A stretch of 64,000 nucleotides of DNA from Veillonella parvula (GCF_945949885.1 NZ_CAMFFZ010000005.1:13010-77009), one strand, 5' to 3'; positions 50,459 to 62,069 are shown, counted from the first letter of the stretch. Notes: generated by a model not told the origin, from the sequence alone. Program-made: numbers and translations.

Positions 50459-51454
50459 ATGCCATTACCATTATTATTAATTGCAGGTGCAGCTGTTGCT
50501 GGTACTATTGGTGTAGGAAAAACTATTGATGCTATTAGTACTCAAAATAAAGCTAACGATATAAATGATGATGCTCAAAGTATTGTAGACTATGCTAAGA
50601 GCAAAATGTCTTTTGCCAGAGTCGCTTCTGGAGAATCTTTAAGCCTGTTGGGTGAATGTAAAGTTAAAATTTTGAATTCTTCTATTCACAATTTTGTAAA
50701 TGAATTTAGTAAGGTAACTAATGTAGAAACAGATAACTCCGTTGATACATCTTTTGAACTTGTGATTGACGAAAAAGAGCTGGAAGAGTTAAAAGAATTA
50801 TCTGTTATTGCATCTTCTTTAGCAAAAGGTGCCGCTGGAGGTGTGGTATCTGGAGCTGTTACTGCTTTTGGTGCATATAGTGCTGCCGGTATTTTAGCAT
50901 CTGCATCTACTGGGACTGCAATTGCTACATTGAGTGGTGCTGCCGCAACTAATGCTACATTGGCCTTTTTTGGCGGAGGCTCGATAGCTGCAGGTGGTCT
51001 TGGAATAGCAGGTGGAACTGCTGTTTTAGGTGGGCTTGTTGCAGCGCCAGCCTTAGTAATTTTAGGTGTAGTTGCATCATCTAAAGCTAATGCGAACCTC
51101 GAAGATGCAAGATCCAATTTGGCAAAAGCAAAAGCTTTTGACTCTGAAATCGATTTAGCTGTAACAGAATGTGCCTCAATAAGACGTGGTGCAGATATGC
51201 TGAATAGATTTTTGATATCTTTAAATTCGATATTTGCTCCATTAGTATTTGAAATGACAGATATAATTAATCGTAAAGGAACTGATTTTAGTTTATATTC
51301 AGATGGAGATAAGCAGATATTTAGGAAAGCGGGTACATTGGCACGTACTATTAAATCCATTTTAAATATAGCTATCTTAAATGATGATGGTAAGCATGAC
51401 TCTAATAGCATTGCACAATTAGAAGCTATAAAAAAAGAATCTAACCTTGTTTAG
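50459..51454 (+). CDS. islet protein C: N-terminal TM helix + helical region + ~90-aa Gly/Ala-zipper hydrophobic core + helical C-terminus
   Basis: GGAGG RBS. Core sequence GAAGGVVSGAVTAFGAYSAAGILASASTGTAIATLSGAAATNATLAFFGGGSIAAGGLGIAGGTAVLGGLVAAPALVILGVVASS. Confidence 0.75.
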   Translation: MPLPLLLIAGAAVAGTIGVGKTIDAISTQNKANDINDDAQSIVDYAKSKMSFARVASGESLSLLGECKVKILNSSIHNFVNEFSKVTNVETDNSVDTSFELVIDEKELEELKELSVIASSLAKGAAGGVVSGAVTAFGAYSAAGILASASTGTAIATLSGAAATNATLAFFGGGSIAAGGLGIAGGTAVLGGLVAAPALVILGVVASSKANANLEDARSNLAKAKAFDSEIDLAVTECASIRRGADMLNRFLISLNSIFAPLVFEMTDIINRKGTDFSLYSDGDKQIFRKAGTLARTIKSILNIAILNDDGKHDSNSIAQLEAIKKESNLV

Positions 51455-51474
51455 TTAAATTTTACGGATTAATT

Positions 51475-51726
51475 ATGTTTTTATGTGATAAATGTGGATT
51501 ATGTTGTAGAAATATTGATAAAGTTCCGCAATTAAAAGAGTTTCATAATGGTGATGGTATCTGTAAATTTTTGACTAATAATAAATGTAGTATATATGAG
51601 AGCAGGCCATTAATCTGTAATATTGATAAAGTTTATGAATTATTCTTTAGTAATTTATATACTTTGGAGGAGTTTTATAAATTGAATTATCAGGTGTGTA
51701 TGATTTTAAAGAAACATAAAGTTTAA
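51475..51726 (+). CDS. islet protein D: YkgJ-family Cys-cluster (CxxCxxCC) zinc/iron-chelating domain protein
   Basis: CDKCGLCC at the N-terminus and CSIYESRPLIC further on, the two hallmark blocks of the YkgJ/UPF0153 family. 83 aa. Confidence 0.75.
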   Translation: MFLCDKCGLCCRNIDKVPQLKEFHNGDGICKFLTNNKCSIYESRPLICNIDKVYELFFSNLYTLEEFYKLNYQVCMILKKHKV

Positions 51727-51773
51727 TTTTGATTATAAAACTTTATAGTATAGATTCTAAAAAGTAAAGATAA

Positions 51774-51806
51774 TGAGTAGGAGCTAATTTATTCCTACTC
51801 GTTATT
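51774..51806 (+). terminator. terminator of the islet operon
   Basis: GAGTAGGA / TCCTACTC stem followed by a T-rich tail. Confidence 0.65.
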
Positions 51807-51816
51807 AAAATCATTG

Positions 51817-52260
51817 GTTTTGATAGTTGATGACCGTTATGTATTGGAATATATGCGTGAACACAATCTCTCCGTTGGCGGTGAACAATCTGGTCACGTA
51901 ATCTTCTTAGATCACAACACCACTGGTGACGGTATGTTAACAGCTGTTCAAGTGGCGGCTCTTATGAAGGAGAAAAAGCAGCCTCTTTCTGAATTGGCTT
52001 GCATTATGACAAAATACCCACAAGTTCTTGTAAATGTTCGTGTAGCTACAAAAACTGGCTGGGAAGATAATGATCTTATCAAAGCTGCTATCGTAACAGC
52101 TGAAGGAGAGCTCGGTGACGAAGGTCGCGTCTTAGTACGTGCATCCGGGACAGAACCACTCATTCGTGTCATGGCTGAAGGACCTAACCAAGAAGAACTA
52201 CAATCTCTGTGCCAAGAAATCGCTGATATTATCGGTAGAGAACAAGGGTTGGCGGAATAA
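51817..52260 (+). pseudogene. glmM' : displaced duplicate of the last ~145 codons of glmM, with no start or promoter
   Basis: Alignable to 47658-48099. Positions 51871-52130 are identical to 47710-47969. It ends with its own stop and a diverged C-terminal coding stretch. Confidence 0.9.
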
Positions 52261-52585
52261 AAGTAGGGTGTGAGGCGGCAGAGGAGCTTGCGACGATGAA
52301 GCCCACACATCACTTTGTTCCGAGCGTAAGATTTCGGAAAGCAAAATCCACAGCGAGGAACCATCTTTACTGAGATTAATCTTATGGATTTTAATAATTG
52401 TGAATTCATTCTACAATTTTTATATCAAAGGTATACCCTCCTATATATGTCCCTTTGCTCCGTCCTACGTAAAGTCGCCGCAGGAACATATATAGGAGGT
52501 TTAGAGATAAGTGATATTTTAAATTGAATAATCATAATGAATAACTTTTTTGTTTTGGGTTATTCTAAGCTTAGAGGGTGACATT

Positions 52586-53281
52586 ATGAAAACAATAGGC
52601 TTAATTGGGGGAATGAGCTGGGAAAGTACGATTACGTATTACCAAGTTTTGAATGAAACTATTAAGCAAGTTTTGGGCGGCTTACATTCGGCAAAATGTA
52701 TTTTATATAGCGTTGATTTTGAAGAAATAGAAAAGTGCCAGGCAAATGGCGATTGGGATAGAAGCGCTGAAATTTTATCCGATGCGGCTCAATCTCTTGA
52801 AAAGGCTGGTGCTGATTATATTGTTATATGCACGAATACAATGCATAAAGTAGCGGATGAAATAGAAAAACATATTCACATACCTCTTCTTCATATTGCG
52901 GAAATGACTGCAGTAGAGTTAGAAAAATCAGGTATTACAAAGGTAGGTCTACTCGGTACCAAGTACACGATGCAACAAGATTTTTATAAATGTATCTTGG
53001 AAAATCGGGGGATTCATGTTGTTATCCCTAACGAAGATCAAGTTGAACTTGTGAATGGTATTATATACAATGAATTGTGTTTAGGTGTTATTTCTAATGA
53101 ATCTAAACAACAATACTTAGATATTATTGGTGATTTGGTAAAATCTGGTGTACAAGGTGTTATTTTAGGCTGTACTGAAATCGGACTACTTATTAAACAG
53201 GATGATACAGATATACCGTTATTTGATACTACATTGATACATGCAAAAAATGCGGCGTTGATTTCTATTGGTAGAGCATAA
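52586..53281 (+). CDS. aspartate/glutamate racemase-family protein (aspartate racemase-like)
   Basis: MKTIGLIGGMSWEST N-terminus, with catalytic Cys contexts ICTNTMH and LGCTEI. Confidence 0.85.
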   Translation: MKTIGLIGGMSWESTITYYQVLNETIKQVLGGLHSAKCILYSVDFEEIEKCQANGDWDRSAEILSDAAQSLEKAGADYIVICTNTMHKVADEIEKHIHIPLLHIAEMTAVELEKSGITKVGLLGTKYTMQQDFYKCILENRGIHVVIPNEDQVELVNGIIYNELCLGVISNESKQQYLDIIGDLVKSGVQGVILGCTEIGLLIKQDDTDIPLFDTTLIHAKNAALISIGRA

Positions 53282-53314
53282 TATAGTTAGCTTTTATTTT
53301 TGTTTAAATAACAT

Positions 53315-53372
53315 AACCCTCTATTAGATATTTTTATTCATTTTTAGAATATCTAATAGAGGGTTGTTTTTA
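53315..53372 (+). terminator. rho-independent terminator
   Basis: 17-bp stem AACCCTCTATTAGATAT / ATATCTAATAGAGGGTT followed by GTTTTT. Confidence 0.85.
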
Positions 53373-53520
53373 TGCAATTAGAACTAGCTAGAGACTAAAG
53401 GAAATCTTTTAGCATGGTTTGAATTTATATGAGAGGAGTTACTATAGGCACGTATATAGGAAGTAATTTGTGTTATTATAGCCATATAGTCTGAAATATA
53501 TTCGATAGAAAAGGTGTAAT

Positions 53521-54633
53521 ATGAAGCTTGCTATAAAAGAGTATTGGGAAAATCTTAAAGTAGAATATGAAGCTACATATAATGCGTCTATATTTAGTGA
53601 TTATGATGTGCTAAAGCAATACGCAGAGCGTTTTAGAACGTATTTAATTACTTTGATGTGTGAGTATTCTAATGATGTGGATGTGGCCTGTACTTTAGCA
53701 ACTGTTGAACAGGTGTTGAGGGATGAGAAAAATTCAATACAACTATTGGAAGGGTTCCTTGAAGCTTATACTAATGAACTTAGTGATACTGATAAAGCGA
53801 GAATTTACACTAATTTGGCTTTTTATTATAACGATGAGGGGAGTATAAAAGAATATGACTATCTATCAGCAGCTGTAAAGTTAGATTCTCCATATATAGA
53901 GACTTACAGAGGGCTGGCTTTATATCATTTTTCCTCTTATGCAGATAAGGGTTCAATAGAGGAGTTGAAGAAAAGTTTATGTGCCTTTGAAAAGGGAAGA
54001 ATAGTATCCAACGATTATGAAATGAACTTTGGCTATGCAGTGTGTTTGTTTGAGCTTAAGAAATATGAGAAAGCAAAGGTCATTTTTGAAGAGTTATTAA
54101 AAAGCTATCCCAATAGAATGAGATTACTAGTTTGTATTGTTTATTGTGATGTCTATTTAGGTAATAAAAAGCAAGCCCTCGATCGTTTGAAGCAAATTAA
54201 GCTTGGAGGTGATGTAGCATATCATTTAAGTAATGATGAAGTTTTTGAGTTTGATATCATTGACGCCTATTATATATTAGATGAGTATGGCCTATTCTTA
54301 GATGAGTGTGAAAAGGCTAAAGAGCACTGTGATTTAAGTGATGGCCCTTATTACTTTGGTCTTTTGATTATGAATCAACATGATATGTTCCATCGTGAAG
54401 TGGACAAGCAACGAACAGAAATATTGGCATGCATTGAAAATGCAAAAATGGACGAAGACTTTGATAGCGAAGAAGAAAAGCAGGACTATATCAAAAGCTG
54501 GGAAGATGATTTAGAGAATCTAAATTTGTTGGAACATAAAATTAAAGATGAAAACTTTAAACCTACAGTTGAACTAAAACTATGGCCAATATATGGTTGC
54601 TATTTAATAGATTGTTTAACTCATAATTTTTAA
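53521..54633 (+). CDS. cytoplasmic helical-repeat (TPR-like) protein of unknown function
   Basis: AT-rich ORF with TPR-like helix pairs (e.g. FELKKYEKAKVIFEELLKSYPNRMR). No signal peptide. Confidence 0.65.
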   Translation: MKLAIKEYWENLKVEYEATYNASIFSDYDVLKQYAERFRTYLITLMCEYSNDVDVACTLATVEQVLRDEKNSIQLLEGFLEAYTNELSDTDKARIYTNLAFYYNDEGSIKEYDYLSAAVKLDSPYIETYRGLALYHFSSYADKGSIEELKKSLCAFEKGRIVSNDYEMNFGYAVCLFELKKYEKAKVIFEELLKSYPNRMRLLVCIVYCDVYLGNKKQALDRLKQIKLGGDVAYHLSNDEVFEFDIIDAYYILDEYGLFLDECEKAKEHCDLSDGPYYFGLLIMNQHDMFHREVDKQRTEILACIENAKMDEDFDSEEEKQDYIKSWEDDLENLNLLEHKIKDENFKPTVELKLWPIYGCYLIDCLTHNF

Positions 54634-54705
54634 TCTGCTTATTGGTAGATTTATATAAAGATGATTTATATATTTAAACTGATATACAAGTAAGTTTAAC
54701 AAATT

Positions 54706-54752
54706 AAAAGCACTACTTTGAATTGCAATTATTCAGAGTAGTGCTTTTGTTA
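54706..54752. terminator. bidirectional terminator between convergent genes
   Basis: AAAAGCACTACT / AGTAGTGCTTTT stem. Confidence 0.8.
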
Positions 54753-56150
54753 TTATTTATCAGCTACAACAAGTTTATATCCATTCAATTGAATGTTACT
54801 GCCGGTTGTGTCTTCGTTGCTCAAGGATTTTACATGGCTGTCGCCAGTGAGTATCCAATTGGAGTCTTTGCTGAGTTTCACAGTTACTTCTTTAGCCGTA
54901 TTGTCTGTGTTTACAGCACCTACAAGGCTAGATCCATTTGTCATGTCAAGAGCGATGGTACTGATTGAATCGGCCATAATATTACCGCTTAGTTCTTGAT
55001 TAGATGCGCGGAGTGTAAGGTGACCGCCGTTCTCACCAGTTTTTCCCCAACGGGAGTCAGCAGCTGCTTTCACTAGGGTAGATGTGTTCGGCATAGAGAT
55101 TGCATTGTTAGAAAGGTCTACTTCAGCAATGGTGTTGTTTACATAGAGGAACGCACCTGTAGCGTGAGTTGTGAGTGTGTTATTCTCTGCTTTCAGACGA
55201 GCAATACCGCTTTCAGCATCACCAGAGAAGCTTTGATATAGCATGAAGCCATTATCTTTGTAGCCTGTTACATTGGAGTTTGTAAGGGTTATGGAATTTT
55301 TACCTTCTACGACGCCAATTTCACTGTTATTCGCTATGCCGTTGACATTGTTTACCATAATATTACCCGTGGAGTAGATAACAGGACTGCCTTCGCCAGA
55401 TGTGGTGAGTTTGGCTGCTTCTGCGGTGATAGTGCCTTCTCCGCGATCTGTAGCAAGTGTAGCGGAGTGAGCCCCTTCAGTGGTGATAGTTAGGTTTTTG
55501 CCATTTACAGTACCTTTGTAAGTAGCATCTAAACCACGAGAGGAATCGCTTTTTGTGTGAATATTAGTATTTTCTACGTTGATAACCGAGCCTTCGCCAG
55601 TGGCAAAGACTGCATTAGAGCCTTTAGCGTTAGATGTAATATTGCTACCCTTGATATTGATTTGACTGCCGTCAATGCTGAGAACTACTGCATTTTGACC
55701 ACGAAAATTGCTGTTATCGTCGTTTGTAGTGTTGCCAGTCTTATCGAAAACACTATTTTCAATATCAATTATCGCTTTATTTTTACCGATGAAAGCATTC
55801 TGATCGGCTGTTGTGTTTGTCATCGACTCATGAGCAATGGATTTGTTTTCTGTAACGATAGTTGAGCCTTTGAAAGTATTAGGATCTACTTCGGCTTGTG
55901 GTGCCATACCATTAGGACCACCGTTTGGAGATGTGCTTCCTTGTGCGGATGGTACTGTTTTGGTTTGCTCTGTTGTGGTTACAACTGCGATGTTAGTGTT
56001 AGACTGAGTTTCTGCTGCTAAGGTTGGAATAACCGCTAATGTCGACAGAGCTGCACCAAGGACCGCAGGTAATATCCAACGACGCAATTTTCTATATGAT
56101 AAACTATTCTTTTTAGTTTTATGTTGCTTCTTTATAGTTGTTTTATTCAT
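54753..56150 (-). CDS. secreted parallel beta-helix-like repeat protein
   Basis: Basic N-terminus plus signal peptide (..RRWILPAVLGAALSTLAVIPTLAAE). The rest is Asn/Gly/Thr/Ser-rich ~20-25-aa repeats (..GSNITSNAKGSNAVFATGEGSVINVENTNI..). The ATG at 56150 is preferred over the longer ORF. Confidence 0.75.
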   Translation of the reverse strand: MNKTTIKKQHKTKKNSLSYRKLRRWILPAVLGAALSTLAVIPTLAAETQSNTNIAVVTTTEQTKTVPSAQGSTSPNGGPNGMAPQAEVDPNTFKGSTIVTENKSIAHESMTNTTADQNAFIGKNKAIIDIENSVFDKTGNTTNDDNSNFRGQNAVVLSIDGSQINIKGSNITSNAKGSNAVFATGEGSVINVENTNIHTKSDSSRGLDATYKGTVNGKNLTITTEGAHSATLATDRGEGTITAEAAKLTTSGEGSPVIYSTGNIMVNNVNGIANNSEIGVVEGKNSITLTNSNVTGYKDNGFMLYQSFSGDAESGIARLKAENNTLTTHATGAFLYVNNTIAEVDLSNNAISMPNTSTLVKAAADSRWGKTGENGGHLTLRASNQELSGNIMADSISTIALDMTNGSSLVGAVNTDNTAKEVTVKLSKDSNWILTGDSHVKSLSNEDTTGSNIQLNGYKLVVADK

Positions 56151-56305
56151 GATTAATATCTCCCAAATTATATACATACATTTTGAAAATACAACAAAAT
56201 CTAATTGTGTAAAATTTAGAATGATAGAAGTATAATTTCTTACAATGAAAAGGACGTGAAGCATAGAAACAATCTTTTTTATTCCTTTTGAATTATCTTA
56301 GGTGG

Positions 56306-56335
56306 TTTACTTTTTATCGATTTTTTTAGTATAAT
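56306..56335 (+). promoter_or_regulatory. candidate promoter of the glmS leader
   Basis: TTTACT, 18-nt spacer, TATAAT (56330-56335). Confidence 0.4.
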
Positions 56336-56399
56336 ATACCTCAGTACATATTTTATTTGTACTGATTCTGCCATATATCACAGAAAGGAATTCCGAATT

Positions 56400-56546
56400 C
56401 GTAAAGGCGAATAGCGCAAGTACCCACGAAGGCAGTCGTTAGGGTAGACGAGGTGAAGAGTGATCGAGTCATCAGCGGATGCTCTTCCGGCATATTCATG
56501 TCGTAACAGGTATTAAAAAACCCATCGGTAACGATGGGGACAAAGT
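56400..56546 (+). ncRNA. glmS leader: glmS ribozyme (GlcN6P-dependent self-cleaving riboswitch)
   Basis: AGCGC at 56413 (expected cleavage just 5' of it), then GACGAGGTGAAGAG..ATCGA...CAGCGGATGCTCTTCCGGC...GTAAC...CCCATCGGTAACGATGGGGACAAAG. This matches the conserved glmS ribozyme core blocks. It lies ~130 nt upstream of glmS. Confidence 0.85.
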
Positions 56547-56673
56547 ATATCTGAATGAATTGTATTGAATTAATAATTAATATATTAAATAGAATATTAA
56601 TCTAGAACATTAATTAGTTAGCCTTAGTTTTTGCTGGGGCTAGAAATACCCCCAGTTATAGGAGGATATACTC

Positions 56674-59551
<2,878 letters not shown>

Positions 59552-59587
59552 AATCATATAGTAGACTTTCAATTTGTGAGGTAAACC

Positions 59588-60064
59588 ATGACGAAACAAG
59601 AGGCGATGGAACGCTTTTCATCAGGTGCCGTACAACAGAGCTTAGAAATACATCGCGGTATACAGTGGACCGGTCGCATCATCGGTCTAGTTGTGTGTGC
59701 GTTGATCGTAAAATATATGCCCTCAGACTGGGCGGAACGTGTATGGTATTATCTGTTGCTGCTCGTGATATTATGGACCCTTCATAGATTAGGTGAAAGT
59801 CAAGCTTTTATCTGTGAAAAGGGCCTCGTGTTAAAACGTAGGCCTTTTTCTGTGAAAGAATACTTTCACAGTTTATTCTATGGGGATGAATATTTCGTCT
59901 TTGTTGATTATGAGCATATTATCGGATTCACTGAGGAATGGCGCGAGTTGCAAGCGATGAATGGTCATGGTGGAATCTATGTGATACCACTTGATTTGTA
60001 TCAGGTGGCGTACAAGGATAAAATGGCGATGATTGAGGCCATCCATAAACATACGCAGTCATAA
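59588..60064 (+). CDS. hypothetical two-TM membrane protein with a small C-terminal domain
   Basis: GAGG RBS and two hydrophobic helices (IIGLVVCALIV, YYLLLLVILWTL). I recognise no family. Confidence 0.6.
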   Translation: MTKQEAMERFSSGAVQQSLEIHRGIQWTGRIIGLVVCALIVKYMPSDWAERVWYYLLLLVILWTLHRLGESQAFICEKGLVLKRRPFSVKEYFHSLFYGDEYFVFVDYEHIIGFTEEWRELQAMNGHGGIYVIPLDLYQVAYKDKMAMIEAIHKHTQS

Positions 60065-60211
60065 AGTACGAGTATGGAGCGTTATATAATATAGGCATAC
60101 AGAAATATAAATATAGGACTACAGAAACATAAAGCAAATGAATCTAGAATCATAAACTATATATGTGGAGAATCTGTAAGAAAAAAACTCAAAAATTCAT
60201 CAAATTAATTA

Positions 60212-60240
60212 TTTACAACTTTAATGAACTAAAGTATAAT
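60212..60240 (+). promoter_or_regulatory. candidate promoter of the amino-acid ABC operon
   Basis: TTTACA, 17-nt spacer, TATAAT. Confidence 0.5.
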
Positions 60241-60323
60241 ACAATCATCGGATACAGAATGTAAATCTGTACAAAGTATATTAGTAAGTAGTAAATAGGC
60301 GAAAAGCGCCGTGGAGGATAGTT

Positions 60324-61136
60324 ATGAATTGGAAAAAGATGATGGCCGTTGGCCTTGCAGCCGTATCTATGATGGCATTTGTAACAGGTTGTGGTGGTGA
60401 CGCTAAAAAAGCTAATACAGAATTGCCTAAGAAAGTCGTTATCGGTTTAGATGATAGTTTCCCTCCAATGGGCTTTAAAGATGAAAAAGGCGAAATTGTT
60501 GGCTTTGATATCGACATGGCTAAAGAAGCAGCTAAACGTGCTGGCATGGATGTAGAGTTCAAAGCTATTGACTGGTCCAGTAAAGAAGCGGAACTAAAAT
60601 CTAAAAAAATTGATGCTTTGTGGAATGGCTTAACAGTTTCTCCTGAGCGCGAGAAAAATATTTTGTTCTCTAACACATATATGAAGGATAAACAATACGT
60701 CATTGTTCGTAATGACGATGACTCCATTAAAGGTAAAGCCGATTTAGCTGGTAAGGTAGTAGGCGTGCAACAAGCTAGTACTGGTGAAACAGCATTGCAA
60801 AACGACCCAAGCGGTAAGACTGTTAAGGAGACAAAATCCTATGCGGATTTTGTAAGTGCATTTATGGATCTTGGTATTGGTCGTGTTGATGCGGTTATTG
60901 CTGACGGTGTAATCGCTCGTTATCTTATGACAAAAGAACCTGGTAAATACAAAATTGTAGAAGGTACTGACTACGGTGTTGATAATTTCGCTGTTGGTTT
61001 CCGTAAAGATGATACTGCTTTGCGTGACAAAATTAATGGTATCTTAGCTGAAATGAAAAAAGACGGTACTGCTGATAAAATTGCTGAAAAATGGTTAGGC
61101 TCAGGCGCAGACTTAGATAAGAGCGATGCTAAATAG
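60324..61136 (+). CDS. polar amino-acid ABC transporter substrate-binding lipoprotein
   Basis: Lipobox VTGCGG and a family-3 SBP body (GFDIDMAKE..., ALWNGLT...). Confidence 0.9.
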   Translation: MNWKKMMAVGLAAVSMMAFVTGCGGDAKKANTELPKKVVIGLDDSFPPMGFKDEKGEIVGFDIDMAKEAAKRAGMDVEFKAIDWSSKEAELKSKKIDALWNGLTVSPEREKNILFSNTYMKDKQYVIVRNDDDSIKGKADLAGKVVGVQQASTGETALQNDPSGKTVKETKSYADFVSAFMDLGIGRVDAVIADGVIARYLMTKEPGKYKIVEGTDYGVDNFAVGFRKDDTALRDKINGILAEMKKDGTADKIAEKWLGSGADLDKSDAK

Positions 61137-61259
61137 TACAATTCGTGATATACTAATAGTATTATGGTCAGTAGGTACAACTGATAATTAAAGAACGAAA
61201 TGTACACTAGAGAAGCGGCCAGATGGCCCTTCTCTAGTCGTGTTTTGAAGGAGTCTTTC

Positions 61260-61916
61260 ATGTTAGATTATTTATTGCAGATTATCCCAACCATCGCTGA
61301 TGGTTTAAAGGTAACCGTATCGCTATTCTGTATTGTATGGATTTTATCTATTCCTGGTGGCATTTTAATGGCTATGTTACGTCTATCTAAATTGCCTTTA
61401 GTAGATAAGCTTGTCGATGCTTTCGTGTACTTAATGCGTGGCACACCGTTGATGTTACAAATTTTATTCGTCTATTATGCCTTGCCAATCATTACAGACG
61501 GTGCCATTCAGATGGATGATGCGACGGCAGCAGTTCTTACCTTCGTCTTAAACTACGCAGCTTATTTATGTGAGATTTTCCGTGGGGGTATTCAATCTAT
61601 CTCTCGAGGTCAGTACGAAGGGGCGAAGGTTCTTGGTTTTACCTATGCACAAACTATGCGTAAGATCATCTTGCCACAAATGTTTAAACGTGTATTGCCT
61701 CCTCTTGCGAATGAGACGATTAACTTATTGAAAGATACATCTCTCGTGTATGTATTGGCGATGAATGATATCTTGCGTATTACAAAATCTATCGTACAAC
61801 GTGATTTTGATATTTCTGCATTCCTCGTGGCAGCATTATTCTACTTGATTTTTACCTTTATTTTGACGAATATCTTCAGCTACTTAGAACGAAGATTTGC
61901 TGTATACGAAGATTAA
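61260..61916 (+). CDS. polar amino-acid ABC transporter permease
   Basis: His/Glu/Gln/Arg-type permease with the EAA loop (YEGAKVLGFTYAQTMRKIILPQ). ATG at 61260 follows AGGAG. Confidence 0.9.
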   Translation: MLDYLLQIIPTIADGLKVTVSLFCIVWILSIPGGILMAMLRLSKLPLVDKLVDAFVYLMRGTPLMLQILFVYYALPIITDGAIQMDDATAAVLTFVLNYAAYLCEIFRGGIQSISRGQYEGAKVLGFTYAQTMRKIILPQMFKRVLPPLANETINLLKDTSLVYVLAMNDILRITKSIVQRDFDISAFLVAALFYLIFTFILTNIFSYLERRFAVYED

Positions 61917-62069
61917 TCTAATTCTATGGTAGTTTGTCGTATGTAATGGTGTAGCTAGTTTTATAGGTGGGATAGCTTTATTTGATGTCTATAGATGCGA
62001 TTTCGTAGATGAGATATCTTTACTTGAGACGCTAATTATATACTTAATATGACGATGTAAGAGGTACTT

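Larger units (their letters stand above)
48100..51816 (+). other. AT-rich four-gene islet inserted between two copies of the glmM 3' end
   Basis: Bounded on the left by the intact glmM stop and on the right by the start-less glmM' fragment. It carries its own promoter and terminator. No mobility gene is present. Confidence 0.6.

Noticed and set aside
50686-51411. 241-aa minus-strand ORF antisense to islet protein C
   Set aside because: Its Ala/Pro-rich sequence is the reverse-complement image of the Gly/Ala codon run. It has no RBS and breaks the tight plus-strand operon structure.
51948-52409. 153-aa minus-strand ORF across glmM' (with a twin at 47787-48002 in glmM)
   Set aside because: The same antisense frame is open in both glmM copies because of glmM codon usage. 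It has no translation signals.
48100-52550. Integrase, transposase or terminal inverted repeats defining a classical mobile element
   Set aside because: None of the islet ORFs, nor any ORF in the window, shows tyrosine or serine recombinase or DDE features. No IS-like inverted repeats occur at the junctions. I therefore call it an islet rather than a mobile element.
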